In this document: positions 49,523-59,776 of the stretch, one piece after another
Numbering within the stretch: position 1 is the first letter of the stretch
Layout of the letters: every line of letters starts with the position of its first letter
Made by a program: the position numbers and the translations under genes
The notes under the pieces: generated by a model
Told to the model about the DNA's origin: nothing
What the model saw: only the letters and a program-made list of their open reading frames with translations
Database searches by the model: none
NCBI GenBank assembly: GCA_003243445.1
Contig: QFQQ01000018.1
Coordinates: 24,556 to 88,555, forward strand
DNA: 64,000 bases
Direction of reading: 5' to 3'
DNA from: Citrobacter freundii
Lineage (GTDB): Bacteria; Bacteroidota; Bacteroidia; Chitinophagales; Chitinophagaceae

Positions 49523-49634
49523 TCTATACGGTGAGGATCACGAAACAAAAAAGGCCGCTGTTTTTCCGGAACGGAGATCGTTTTCAAGTCCCGGGGTTGA
49601 CACACTATAAAATTACCGGACAACATACCACAGA

Positions 49635-50510
49635 ATGATTATTACAAGATTGATAGGCGGCCTCGGCAACCAAATGTTCCAGTATGCATTTGGAAAAGCC
49701 GCGTCGCTGAGGTTGAATGTACCGTTGAAGATCGATTTAGATTATCTGCATAATCTCAGTTCTGATCACGCGGAATTCGTACCGCGTAAATACAGCCTTG
49801 ATATATTCAATATACCCGATCAGCTGGCATCAAAAGAAGAAACGGCTCTTTTTACCAATCGGGTGAATAATGCAGCAGTGAATAGTTTACTCAGCAAGTT
49901 GCTGGGAAAGAAAAGATCTTACTGGCTGGAACCTCATTATCATTTTTCAGATAAGGCTAAGAATGCCCCGGATAATGTGCTGCTGGAAGGTTACTGGCAA
50001 AGTTCAAAGTACTTTAATGAGGCCGAAACTGAACTGAGAAAGATCTTCACATTCCGTCAGCCGGTTTCTGCAGCGGCGGGACCAATGCTGCAGGATATTA
50101 CGCAGCGGAACAGTGTATGCGTACATGTTCGCAGGGGCGATTTCCTGATCAATGCCAATCATGGATTCTGCGGCATTCCCTATTATCAGCAGGCTGAACG
50201 GATCATCTCCGAAAAGATCAGTGATCCCGCATATTATGTTTTTTCGGATGAGATCGACTGGTGCCGGGAGAATATGCAGTTTCTGCCGGGCGCAACATTT
50301 GTATCGACTGAACTCGCCGGTCACAAAGATCAGGATCATCTTCGCCTGATGGCTCAATGCAAACATTTTATTATTCCGAACAGCAGTTTCGCCTGGTGGG
50401 CCGTATGGTTGAGCGGCCGCAGCAATGCTGTGGTGGTGGCTCCTGCCAAATGGTATAAGCCGGCTCCCGATGCAACTGATATTTATCAACCGGAATGGAT
50501 TGTTATATAA
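49635..50510 (+). CDS. Alpha-1,2-fucosyltransferase (GT11)
   Basis: N-terminal GGLGNQMFQYA and HVRRGDF motifs. Confidence 0.8.
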   Translation: MIITRLIGGLGNQMFQYAFGKAASLRLNVPLKIDLDYLHNLSSDHAEFVPRKYSLDIFNIPDQLASKEETALFTNRVNNAAVNSLLSKLLGKKRSYWLEPHYHFSDKAKNAPDNVLLEGYWQSSKYFNEAETELRKIFTFRQPVSAAAGPMLQDITQRNSVCVHVRRGDFLINANHGFCGIPYYQQAERIISEKISDPAYYVFSDEIDWCRENMQFLPGATFVSTELAGHKDQDHLRLMAQCKHFIIPNSSFAWWAVWLSGRSNAVVVAPAKWYKPAPDATDIYQPEWIVI

Positions 50511-50539
50511 ATAATTAAGCATAAACTATAAAACTGGCT

Positions 50540-51286
50540 ATGTCATCAGAAAGACAATTACTGGAAGCAGATAATCCGTGGTGGGGCGAACATGTACACC
50601 GCTATCAGGAAATGGTGCCTTATATCGGGCCGGAGGATAAGATCCTCGATCTCGCCTGCGGTACTGGTTTCGGGTCGGATATACTTGCCGGACATACGCG
50701 GGGAATAGTGATCGGCGGGGATATTGCGGCTGATGCGATCGATGATTGCAACAGGATCTGGAAACGTCCCAATCTTCAGTTCAGGGTACTGGATGGAACA
50801 AACCTTCCGTTCGAAGATAATTTTTTCGACAAGATCGCATCGTTCGAAACGATCGAACATACGACCATGTACAGGGAAATGCTCCGTGAATTTTTACGGG
50901 TGTTAAAACCGGGCGGCATCGCGTTTATTTCAACACCAAATTTTCCTGTAAACAGCCCCTCAGGAAAAGTGACCAATCCATATCACACCCAGGAGTTCAC
51001 GTATGATGAATTGCACGATATATTGCAAAGTGTATTTCAGGATACAAAAATGACGGGGCAGAAATACTCACGTTACGACTCGGGTAAGGTCCCTGCGATC
51101 GGAAAATTCATCGAATTCTTTTTTGGTATTATTGGGATCAGGAAGCTTCCATATAGTATCAAGAACGGCGTGTCAAAATTTTTCACCCGCAAGCCTTTTT
51201 ATCCCGAAGCCAATGACTATACAATGGTAGCATCAAAAACGGACGCTATCAGGTGCAAGACGCTCTTTTGCATATGCCGGAAGTAA
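50540..51286 (+). CDS. Class I SAM-dependent methyltransferase
   Basis: Motif I ILDLACGTGFGS. Confidence 0.7.
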   Translation: MSSERQLLEADNPWWGEHVHRYQEMVPYIGPEDKILDLACGTGFGSDILAGHTRGIVIGGDIAADAIDDCNRIWKRPNLQFRVLDGTNLPFEDNFFDKIASFETIEHTTMYREMLREFLRVLKPGGIAFISTPNFPVNSPSGKVTNPYHTQEFTYDELHDILQSVFQDTKMTGQKYSRYDSGKVPAIGKFIEFFFGIIGIRKLPYSIKNGVSKFFTRKPFYPEANDYTMVASKTDAIRCKTLFCICRK

Positions 51287-52149
51287 CGCCACATGTATCG
51301 ATCATCATACCTGCGTATAACGCTGGTGCTTTTTTGCAGGAAACGATCAATTCTGTAAAGGCTCAGGATTTCACTGATTGGGAAATGATCGTTGTAAATG
51401 ACGGATCGAAAGACAATACCGCCGGGATTGTTCTCCAGCAGAACGATCAGCGCATTTCATTACTGGACCAGGTAAATAAAGGAGTGTCAACTGCCCGCAA
51501 TAATGGACTTGCGATCGCAAAAGGAAAGTACGTTGTATTCCTGGATGCAGATGACCTGATGGGTGAATCTTTTCTTACTGCCCGTATCGAGTCACTCGAT
51601 AAAGATGAAACTAAGGGTTTTTGCTGTGGATGGGTAGAGACTTTCCCTGATATCTCTCCCCTGATGAAAGGAGCTGCAGCAGATCCCGAAAAAGAAATTC
51701 TTTTTTTTGAACCGGGGGTAACAACTGTTCCCTCGAACTACATGCTGAGAAAAACAATACTCAATAAATACGGAATAAATTTTAATCAGATTCTAAGCAG
51801 CTCTGCCGACAGATTTTTTTTACTTCAGGTAGCGAAACACACAAACGGGATACTCATCTCAAGTGAGCGTGGAAGATTACTTTATAGAATAAGTAGTCAC
51901 AGTATGTCACATGATATGAAACCGGGCTTGATTTTTGATAATCTTCAAATGTACAGGGAAGTCAGACGTTCAGGTCTGTTGCCCCGTGAGAAGAATAAAT
52001 TCAAAAGTCAATTCTTTTTTTCGCTGGCCCTGGGTTTTGCATTAACGAAGAAGTATAATTACGCGATGCTGTATCTTCTTCGTTCGGCGATTTCTCATCC
52101 GGCCGTTTTTTTCAAGTTGTTATGGAAAAAAATAACAACGAAGAAATGA
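51274..52149 (+). CDS. Family 2 glycosyltransferase
   Basis: VSIIIPAYNAG...VNDGSKDNT and DADD motifs. The ORF may start at 51253. Confidence 0.8.
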   Translation: MPEVTPHVSIIIPAYNAGAFLQETINSVKAQDFTDWEMIVVNDGSKDNTAGIVLQQNDQRISLLDQVNKGVSTARNNGLAIAKGKYVVFLDADDLMGESFLTARIESLDKDETKGFCCGWVETFPDISPLMKGAAADPEKEILFFEPGVTTVPSNYMLRKTILNKYGINFNQILSSSADRFFLLQVAKHTNGILISSERGRLLYRISSHSMSHDMKPGLIFDNLQMYREVRRSGLLPREKNKFKSQFFFSLALGFALTKKYNYAMLYLLRSAISHPAVFFKLLWKKITTKK

Positions 52150-52234
52150 ATGTCTGACAATTGTTTCATGTCGGATATTCACCGTGCCTTAGTCAACCCG
52201 ATTGATTACCGGATGAAAAAACGTTCCGTATTAC

Positions 52235-53137
52235 ATGAAGCGATTGTTGTATCTGCTGCAGGCATTTTCTTTTACAGTATTCCTGTTTTCTTTTTATCTC
52301 GCGCTGATCGAGGTGTTCGGCTTTGCTACGCCTCTCACGAAATATAATCACGAGCAGGAATATTATGACCAGATTGAGGCATATGACCCATCTTTGGGTA
52401 GATTGAATTCAATCGCAAAATTGTCTGCTTACTGCGACAGCAGTTATTACGCAGCCTTTGGCTCGTGGAATGCCGACAGTCTTGCAGAGGAACATTATAC
52501 AAATATTGTTTCAACAGCCGTCAGAAAGAAGTTTTATCATGGCTATTCTTTTTATGGTTTTTCTGATAATTATTTAGCACTGCTGTTTGAGCCGCTGTTC
52601 GACGGTCATGCCAGTGCTATTGTACTTCCGGATGATATTGTCAAACATCCTTTCGCCGCATGCAGTCAGCAATCCATCGTAATGATGACATTGCTGAATG
52701 GAAAAAAGATCGACACACGAAAAGTGATCTTTGATGGTGGCAAACGATTCGGCGGACATTTTAGTCTCGAAGTATTCTATGATAAGCGCTGGCATTTCTT
52801 TGACCCAGATAAGGAACCCGATACTGCAATACTGGATAAACTCGGCAGGCCGGATATTGAATCATTGGCAAACAATCAACCAACACTGGTTGCCGCCTAT
52901 AGAAATCTTCCGGCGGATAATGTGGTGGGATTGTTCTCCAGTTATGTCTATGGTTCACCCGACAGGGCTGTCGCACCAAGAGCATCAATATACCAGCAGA
53001 TCACAAAAATCCTTTCTTATACAATCTGGATTATTCCATTGATGTTATTCTTCTGGGTTTCCAGAAGGATATACGCCTACAAACCTGACAAAAAAAATGT
53101 GTGGAATTTCAGGCTTCATTTCTTCCCGTTTAAATAA
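52235..53137 (+). CDS. Hypothetical membrane-anchored protein
   Basis: ORF with N- and C-terminal hydrophobic segments. Confidence 0.4.
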   Translation: MKRLLYLLQAFSFTVFLFSFYLALIEVFGFATPLTKYNHEQEYYDQIEAYDPSLGRLNSIAKLSAYCDSSYYAAFGSWNADSLAEEHYTNIVSTAVRKKFYHGYSFYGFSDNYLALLFEPLFDGHASAIVLPDDIVKHPFAACSQQSIVMMTLLNGKKIDTRKVIFDGGKRFGGHFSLEVFYDKRWHFFDPDKEPDTAILDKLGRPDIESLANNQPTLVAAYRNLPADNVVGLFSSYVYGSPDRAVAPRASIYQQITKILSYTIWIIPLMLFFWVSRRIYAYKPDKKNVWNFRLHFFPFK

Positions 53138-54956
53138 GAGTGATCTTCAGCAAATGAACCGGGCGATCAGCCACCGCGGCCCGGACGCAGATGGTTTTTT
53201 CTTCGAAGAACATGAAAAGTTTAATCTTGGCCTTGCCCACAGAAGGCTTTCGATCATCGATCTCAGCACTTCTGCGAATCAGCCAATGTTCAGCAGTTGC
53301 GGCCGCTATGTGATCGTCTTCAACGGAGAGATCTACAACTACCAGGACATAAAACGCGAAAAGCTGCAGGGGATCGAATGGAAAACTTCCGGTGATACGG
53401 AAGTGATCATCGAAAGCTTTGCACGCTACGGCGTGGATTGTTTCGAATGGTTCAATGGTATGTTCGCCTTTGCAATCTGGGATATACAGGAGCAGAGAAT
53501 GTTCGTGGCAAGGGACCGCATCGGTATCAAGCCTTTTTATTATTACCACAGTGGTCATGAATTCGTGTTTGCTTCAGAGTTAAAATCGTTGCAATCACTC
53601 AGCTGCGGATCTGCGATCAATCAGTCTGCAATCACTAATTTCTTATACCTTGGCTATATTCCTCAAACCCAAACGATCTACAAGGATTGTTTCAAATTGC
53701 TGCCCGGACACTATGCAGTCATCGACGAAACCGGCATCCGGCAGAATACGCCTTATTGGACACTGGAAGATCATGTGCATGGAGCCGTGGTTAGCGATGA
53801 AGTAACCGCAAAGAAACAGCTGAATACATTGATGGAAGAAGCGGTTGAACGTTGTATGATCAGCGATGTGCCATTGGGTACCTTTCTGAGCGGGGGTATA
53901 GACAGTAGTCTTGTATCCGCCATCGCACAGAAATACAGCTCAACCCCGATCAATACTTTCTCTATCGCTTTCCGGGAAGGCAAGTACGATGAATCAAAAT
54001 ACGCAAAGCAGGTAGCCGATCATATCGGCGCAAACTACCGTCAGTTTATTGTTGATGAAAGCGAAGGCATAGATATTATTCATGACTTTTTGAATATCTA
54101 TGACGAACCTTATGGTGATACTTCCGGCATTGCAACCTATCTCGTCTCAAAACTCGCACGCAAGCATGTAACAGTAGCTCTCTGCGGCGATGGCGCAGAC
54201 GAATTATTCATGGGATATGGTTTTTATACATGGGCCAAAAGGTTGAATAATCCTTTGCTGAAGCCATTTCATCCGCTGATCAGCAAAACGCTTTATCAGT
54301 TTGATAAAAATGCTTACCGCAACAGATCCTATCTTTTTGAAAATGCGAAGGGAAGAAACTATAGCCATATTTTTTCTCAATGCCATGGAAACTGGGGTAT
54401 CGATGAGATCAAAAGCCTGCTGGCTGATTCTTTCAGCTATGATTTTGACGAACACCTGCTTCCGGTTGACCGCAAACTTTCTGTGGAAGAGCAGCAAAGC
54501 TTTTTCGATATTAAAAACTATCTCGCGGAAGAGCTGCTTCCAAAAGTTGATCGCGCAAGTATGCAGCATTCGCTTGAGGTCCGGGTTCCATTCCTGGATT
54601 CAAAAGTGATCGATTTCGCACTGAACCTTTCGCCGGATCTGAAAATGAAAGACGGCGTACAGAAATACCTCTTGAAAGAAGTGCTGTATGACTATATTCC
54701 CAAAGCTTTCTTCGACAGACCTAAATGGGGATTCGCAGTTCCGATCGAAGAATGGCTGAGAGGCAAACTTTCATACCTGATCGATGACTACCTGAGTCCT
54801 TCAAAAATTGAAGAAGTCGGGATACTCAACAACAAAGCCGTTCAGGAATATGTGAAGAAATTCCGCTCGGGCGAATTCTTCAGGTACTACAGGATCTGGC
54901 TCCTGATCGTTCTGCAAAAATGGATGTTGGAAAAACATTCGGTGATACATCAATAA
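53097..54956 (+). CDS. Asparagine synthase (glutamine-hydrolysing)-family amidotransferase, copy 1
   Basis: N-terminal MCGISGF (Ntn Cys2) and PP-loop SGGIDSS. Confidence 0.85.
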   Translation: MCGISGFISSRLNKSDLQQMNRAISHRGPDADGFFFEEHEKFNLGLAHRRLSIIDLSTSANQPMFSSCGRYVIVFNGEIYNYQDIKREKLQGIEWKTSGDTEVIIESFARYGVDCFEWFNGMFAFAIWDIQEQRMFVARDRIGIKPFYYYHSGHEFVFASELKSLQSLSCGSAINQSAITNFLYLGYIPQTQTIYKDCFKLLPGHYAVIDETGIRQNTPYWTLEDHVHGAVVSDEVTAKKQLNTLMEEAVERCMISDVPLGTFLSGGIDSSLVSAIAQKYSSTPINTFSIAFREGKYDESKYAKQVADHIGANYRQFIVDESEGIDIIHDFLNIYDEPYGDTSGIATYLVSKLARKHVTVALCGDGADELFMGYGFYTWAKRLNNPLLKPFHPLISKTLYQFDKNAYRNRSYLFENAKGRNYSHIFSQCHGNWGIDEIKSLLADSFSYDFDEHLLPVDRKLSVEEQQSFFDIKNYLAEELLPKVDRASMQHSLEVRVPFLDSKVIDFALNLSPDLKMKDGVQKYLLKEVLYDYIPKAFFDRPKWGFAVPIEEWLRGKLSYLIDDYLSPSKIEEVGILNNKAVQEYVKKFRSGEFFRYYRIWLLIVLQKWMLEKHSVIHQ

Positions 54957-55016
54957 TAACGGGCAGACCCCGTTTGCTTTAAAGAAAAAATCCGGCCGGT
55001 TATTTCCACTTATTAA

Positions 55017-56249
55017 ATGGGAAAGAAAATTTTATACATCTCGTACGACGGTATGACTGATCCGCTTGGACAAAGCCAGGTGCTTCCCTACCTCGTGGGT
55101 CTTTCAAAAGAAGGATACGAGTTCACCATACTCAGTTTCGAAAAAAAAGACCGGTTTGAGCGCGTTCGCCCGGTGATCGATGAGATCATTAATGCAGCTG
55201 GGATCAAATGGGAGCCGATGAGTTTTACCACCAACCCGCCGGTGCTCTCCAAATTTTATGACGCGGTAAGGATGAAACGGAAGGCCTTTGCATTGCATCG
55301 CCGCAATAAGTATGATATGATCCATTGCCGCAGTTATATTGCCGCCGATCTCGGGCTGCAATTGAAACGCAGGACCGGGGTCAAATTCTTTTTTGATATG
55401 CGGGGTTTCTGGGCAGACGAAAAGAAAGATGCAGGTACCTGGGATCAGCGCAAATGGATCTTTCGGAGAGTTTATCAGTACTATAAGAAAAAGGAAAAAG
55501 CATTTCTTCGGGAAGCGGATTATATCATTTCGCTGACAGAGGCAGGAAAGCTCGAAATGTCCCGATGGCCCGGCTATGAGCCGTCCGTTCCATTGACAGT
55601 GATTCCCTGCTGCTCGGATATGGATCATTTTTCCCTGGTGACGGTTCAGGAAAAGCAACGGGGTCGTGAGATTCTTCACTTACCTGCACAATCATTGGTG
55701 GTCAGCTATCTTGGTTCGATCGGCGCATGGTATATGCTGGATGAAATGCTGCTGTTGTTTTCCTTTATAAAAAAGAAATTTACGGATGCAAAATTTCTCT
55801 TTATAACCCATTCGCCAAAAGATACAATTATCAGTAAAGCAGCCGCGCTGGGCATATCCGGAAACGATATTGTTATTGTAGAAGCATCCAGGAAAGAAGT
55901 GCCTCTTTATTGTAAAGCTTCGGATATCAATATATCATTTATCAAGCCGGTTTATTCCAAGATCTCCAGTTCGCCCACAAAACTCGGCGAAGTGCTGGCC
56001 ATGGGGCTTCCGGTGATCGTTAACAGCGGCGTCGGGGACGTGGAAGCGATCGTAAAGAACAGTCATTCCGGATTTGTCCTGCATCATTTCAATGAGGCAG
56101 AATACCAGGCGGCAACAGACGCCATTCCACAGTTATTAAGCACAGCTCCTGCCCGGATCAGGGAAAATATCGCTGACATTTACAGCCTTAGTCATGGCAT
56201 ACAGCTTTACAGCAAAGCATATAAACAAGTGCTGGGTGATCAACCTTAA
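55017..56249 (+). CDS. GT4-family glycosyltransferase
   Basis: C-terminal GT-B donor-binding region (MGLPVIVNSGVGDV). Confidence 0.8.
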   Translation: MGKKILYISYDGMTDPLGQSQVLPYLVGLSKEGYEFTILSFEKKDRFERVRPVIDEIINAAGIKWEPMSFTTNPPVLSKFYDAVRMKRKAFALHRRNKYDMIHCRSYIAADLGLQLKRRTGVKFFFDMRGFWADEKKDAGTWDQRKWIFRRVYQYYKKKEKAFLREADYIISLTEAGKLEMSRWPGYEPSVPLTVIPCCSDMDHFSLVTVQEKQRGREILHLPAQSLVVSYLGSIGAWYMLDEMLLLFSFIKKKFTDAKFLFITHSPKDTIISKAAALGISGNDIVIVEASRKEVPLYCKASDINISFIKPVYSKISSSPTKLGEVLAMGLPVIVNSGVGDVEAIVKNSHSGFVLHHFNEAEYQAATDAIPQLLSTAPARIRENIADIYSLSHGIQLYSKAYKQVLGDQP

Positions 56250-56347
56250 CTAACAAGCCTTCTTAAATAAAACGGACGTACGGGTAAAGCATCATAATAG
56301 CTTTAAACAGGTTTATTACCTCCTTACCCGCATTAAATTTTCAATCT

Positions 56348-57241
56348 ATGATGCAGAATAATTATTCTGAGATCAAAACAGCTAACAGGGTTATTAAAAG
56401 TTATAGTTTGCCAGGTGATAACCTGGACGAAGAAACAGTTAAATCATTTGGTGAAGAATGGAATTATTTTCACGGCTTTTCAGATGAGGACATCAGGATA
56501 TCCGGAGATAAGTATTTTGATATTGTTACAGCACAGATGCTGAATCAAAACAGCAGCGTGGTGGATATAGGCTGCGGAAGCGGAAGGTTCATGAAATACC
56601 TGAAAGGAAGGTATGGCCATATCACGGGTATCGATCCAAGCACGGCTATATTCGCCGCGGACAAGTTACTGGGAGACGATCAAAGTGTGGAATTGATTCA
56701 GGCCTCCACTGACAATATCCCGTTTCCTGACGGACATTTTGATTTCGGATACAGCCTCGGCGTGTTGCATCATATTCCCGATACCCAAAAAGCATTGAAC
56801 GATAGTGTCCGCAAGATCAAGCCCGGAGGATATTTCCTTCTTTATCTTTACTATAGTCTTGATAACAGATCGCTTCCTTTCAAATTGTTATTCCATTTAT
56901 CAAACGCTATCCGCTGGGGTGTATCAAAGCTTCCCCGGGGAGCGAAAAAAGCCGCATGTGATACATTGGCCGTGGTGTTTTATATGCCGTTTGTGGGTTT
57001 GTGCCGGTTTGCAAAAATGATCGGTGTACCGGAGAAAGCACGGAAGAGTATTCCATTGCAGGCATACGAGGACCAGTCTTTTTATATCATCCGTAATGAC
57101 AGTCTCGATCGTTTCGGAACACCGCTTGAACAGCGCTTCTCCCGCAAGGAAATGAAGCAGATGATGGAACAGGCCGGGTTGACAGATGTTGTATTTTCGG
57201 AAAAGATCCCTTACTGGCACGCAGTAGGTAAAAAACAATAA
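56348..57241 (+). CDS. Class I SAM-dependent methyltransferase
   Basis: VVDIGCGSGRF. Confidence 0.7.
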   Translation: MMQNNYSEIKTANRVIKSYSLPGDNLDEETVKSFGEEWNYFHGFSDEDIRISGDKYFDIVTAQMLNQNSSVVDIGCGSGRFMKYLKGRYGHITGIDPSTAIFAADKLLGDDQSVELIQASTDNIPFPDGHFDFGYSLGVLHHIPDTQKALNDSVRKIKPGGYFLLYLYYSLDNRSLPFKLLFHLSNAIRWGVSKLPRGAKKAACDTLAVVFYMPFVGLCRFAKMIGVPEKARKSIPLQAYEDQSFYIIRNDSLDRFGTPLEQRFSRKEMKQMMEQAGLTDVVFSEKIPYWHAVGKKQ

Positions 57242-57242
57242 T

Positions 57243-58337
57243 ATGAAAAAGATCCGCCTGCTGGTTGTCTGCCCGCACCCGGAAAACAGAGTGCCGGGCC
57301 AGCGGTTGAAGTATGAACAATATTTTGATTATTTCAGGGATAATGGAATCGAGTTGACGGTAAAGCCGTTCATGACAAACCGTTTCCAGGATATCGTATA
57401 TAAGAAGGGACATTTTTTTCAAAAGATCGCGTGGACTTTATACGGCTACTGGATGCGGTTCCTGCTGCTGTTCTCGCTGCGTAAATATGATGTTTCCTAT
57501 GTTTTCCTCTGGGTGACGCCATTTGGTCCCCCGGTATTTGAATGGCTGTTCAGAAAGCTCAGCAGGAAAATGATCTATGATATTGATGACCTCGTATACC
57601 TGGCTGAATCAAAAAGCAATGCCAACAAACTGATCTCCGGATTAAAAGGAAGGAACAAACCGATCTTCTTAATGCGGACCGCCGATCACGTGATCACCTG
57701 TACACCTTATCTTGATGAATTTGTAAGAAAGTATAACGCTCATACTACCGATATTTCATCCACGATCAATACAGAGAGATATGTTCCACGGAAAGATTAT
57801 TCGCTTGGGGACCGCAAAGTGGTGCTGGGCTGGAGCGGCAGTTACAGTACATCAAAGTATCTTCATTTGCTTGAACCGGTTTTCCGGAGACTGGCGGGTG
57901 CAGGCATTCCCTTCAAATTGCTGGTGATGGGGGATCCATCCTTCCATATTGACGGCATCGAAGTGGAAGCCCTGGAATGGAAAGACAGTTATGAAACAGA
58001 TGTGATCGGCCGGTTTGATATCGGTTTATATCCATTGCCCAATGAGCAATGGGTGTATGGCAAAAGTGGTCTGAAAGCGTTGCAGTATATGGCGATGGGT
58101 GTACCGACTATTGCAACAGCAATTGGTGCAAATTTCAGGATCATTGAAAATGATCACAACGGATTTCTTGCCGGCAATGAAGATGATTGGTTCAGCTTTT
58201 TGAAGAACCTGATCGTTGATGAGCAACTCAGGCGCCGTATCGGCGAAGCCGGCCGGCAGGTTGTGCATCAGAAATTCTCGATCCTTGCAAACAGGGATAC
58301 CTATCTGTCGGTTGTCAAAAAGGTCGCAGCTGGCTGA
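57243..58337 (+). CDS. GT4-family glycosyltransferase
   Basis: GT-B C-terminal motifs (MAMGVPTIATAIG). Confidence 0.8.
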   Translation: MKKIRLLVVCPHPENRVPGQRLKYEQYFDYFRDNGIELTVKPFMTNRFQDIVYKKGHFFQKIAWTLYGYWMRFLLLFSLRKYDVSYVFLWVTPFGPPVFEWLFRKLSRKMIYDIDDLVYLAESKSNANKLISGLKGRNKPIFLMRTADHVITCTPYLDEFVRKYNAHTTDISSTINTERYVPRKDYSLGDRKVVLGWSGSYSTSKYLHLLEPVFRRLAGAGIPFKLLVMGDPSFHIDGIEVEALEWKDSYETDVIGRFDIGLYPLPNEQWVYGKSGLKALQYMAMGVPTIATAIGANFRIIENDHNGFLAGNEDDWFSFLKNLIVDEQLRRRIGEAGRQVVHQKFSILANRDTYLSVVKKVAAG

Positions 58338-58386
58338 TTCCTGCAGGATCGTTATTTTACACAGTCATGTTTATAAATGATTTTAA

Positions 58387-59772
58387 TTGGAGCTGAAGTT
58401 TTTTTCCATCAATGACCTCATACTGGTTCCTCTCTGCTACTTCTTTCTTTGGATCATCCTAAGAAGCCGGGCTAAGAGACGAAGCGATCCGCGTGAGCGT
58501 AAATTGTATTACAAGGCATTTTATTTTAAAATGCTCAGTGTACTGGTGTTCACACTGATCACAGAATTTTATTTTGGGGGAGGAGACACCAATCTTTATT
58601 ATCAGGGGGCAAAAGATCTTCGCCAGGCAATAGGAGATGATGTTGAATTCGTCGGAAATATTGTACGGTCCTCCAGTCTCTCTACAGACAATCCTTTATC
58701 GACGTATTTTTTATATGATAATTATGCGTACGATATTACGTATAACTACATGAAGTCGCCGGGGAACTTCTTTATGCCGCGCTTGGCGGTCATTCCCGGG
58801 CTGATCTTTTTCAACAGTTATTTATGTATCGCCATGTGTTTCGCTTTTTTTGCGCTTGGCGGAGCGCTTAGATTGTTCAAGGTTTTTCATTACTATTATC
58901 CCTCATCCAGTAGGGAATTGGCGATCGCAACCCTTTTTCTGCCGAGCGTGAGTTTCTGGAGTTCAGGTCTGCTGAAAGATACGATCTGCTTCGGCTGTGT
59001 TGGGTTCATCCTTTATGCCGTGTTCAGCATCCGTGCGCTAAAAAAAAATATCGGTATTTCGGCAGGGATCATTGCGGTGTGTTCTTACCTGCTTTTTATG
59101 ATCAAGACCTACATTTTCCTTGTGCTTCTTATGACAATCGCCGTGTGGATATTCCGGGAGATGAGTCAGCTGATCAAAAAGAAATCTTTGCGCGGAGCGT
59201 TTACCGTAATAACACTGACCATCGGTATTACCGTATCTTTTTTCCTGGTCCGTTATTTTACATCGCAGGAAACATTACAGCAGTATCAGTTTGAGAATAT
59301 TGCCTCATCAGCCCAGAATCAACGGAGCAACTATGCATCGGTGGATCAGTCCATGGGTGGCGGAAGTTCTTATTTTCAGGTAAATACTTCCAATACTTTC
59401 CTGCTCGTGCTTGGTAGTATTTCAGCTACCTTTTACAGACCTTTCCCCTGGGAAGTTACTTCGGCGGCCGCTGCATTGTCCGCTGTGGAAAGCATGTTGT
59501 TCTTATTTGCAACCCTCTACCTGTTCCTCAGGCAGGGATTGCTAAAGCCGTTTGGCGTTATCTTCGGTGATCCACGGCTCTTTATGTGTTTCGTATTTGC
59601 CATGGTATTCGCGATCGGTGTGGGCGCATCAACAGCCAACTTTGGCGCCCTGTCGAGATACAAAATACCCTGTTTACCTTTTTATATGATCATGGTGATG
59701 ATAACTTACCGGAAATTATCACTGCCATACCCAGCCTGGTTATCAAAAGCACTGGGATTATTAAAAATCTGA
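58387..59772 (+). CDS. Wzy-like O-antigen/EPS polymerase (polytopic membrane protein)
   Basis: At least 10 TM segments and the usual locus context. Confidence 0.55.
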   Translation: MELKFFSINDLILVPLCYFFLWIILRSRAKRRSDPRERKLYYKAFYFKMLSVLVFTLITEFYFGGGDTNLYYQGAKDLRQAIGDDVEFVGNIVRSSSLSTDNPLSTYFLYDNYAYDITYNYMKSPGNFFMPRLAVIPGLIFFNSYLCIAMCFAFFALGGALRLFKVFHYYYPSSSRELAIATLFLPSVSFWSSGLLKDTICFGCVGFILYAVFSIRALKKNIGISAGIIAVCSYLLFMIKTYIFLVLLMTIAVWIFREMSQLIKKKSLRGAFTVITLTIGITVSFFLVRYFTSQETLQQYQFENIASSAQNQRSNYASVDQSMGGGSSYFQVNTSNTFLLVLGSISATFYRPFPWEVTSAAAALSAVESMLFLFATLYLFLRQGLLKPFGVIFGDPRLFMCFVFAMVFAIGVGASTANFGALSRYKIPCLPFYMIMVMITYRKLSLPYPAWLSKALGLLKI

Positions 59773-59776
59773 AGTT

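Noticed and set aside
52150-52347. 65-aa ORF between GT2 and the membrane protein
   Set aside because: It overlaps the start of the 300-aa ORF and has no features. It is probably spurious.
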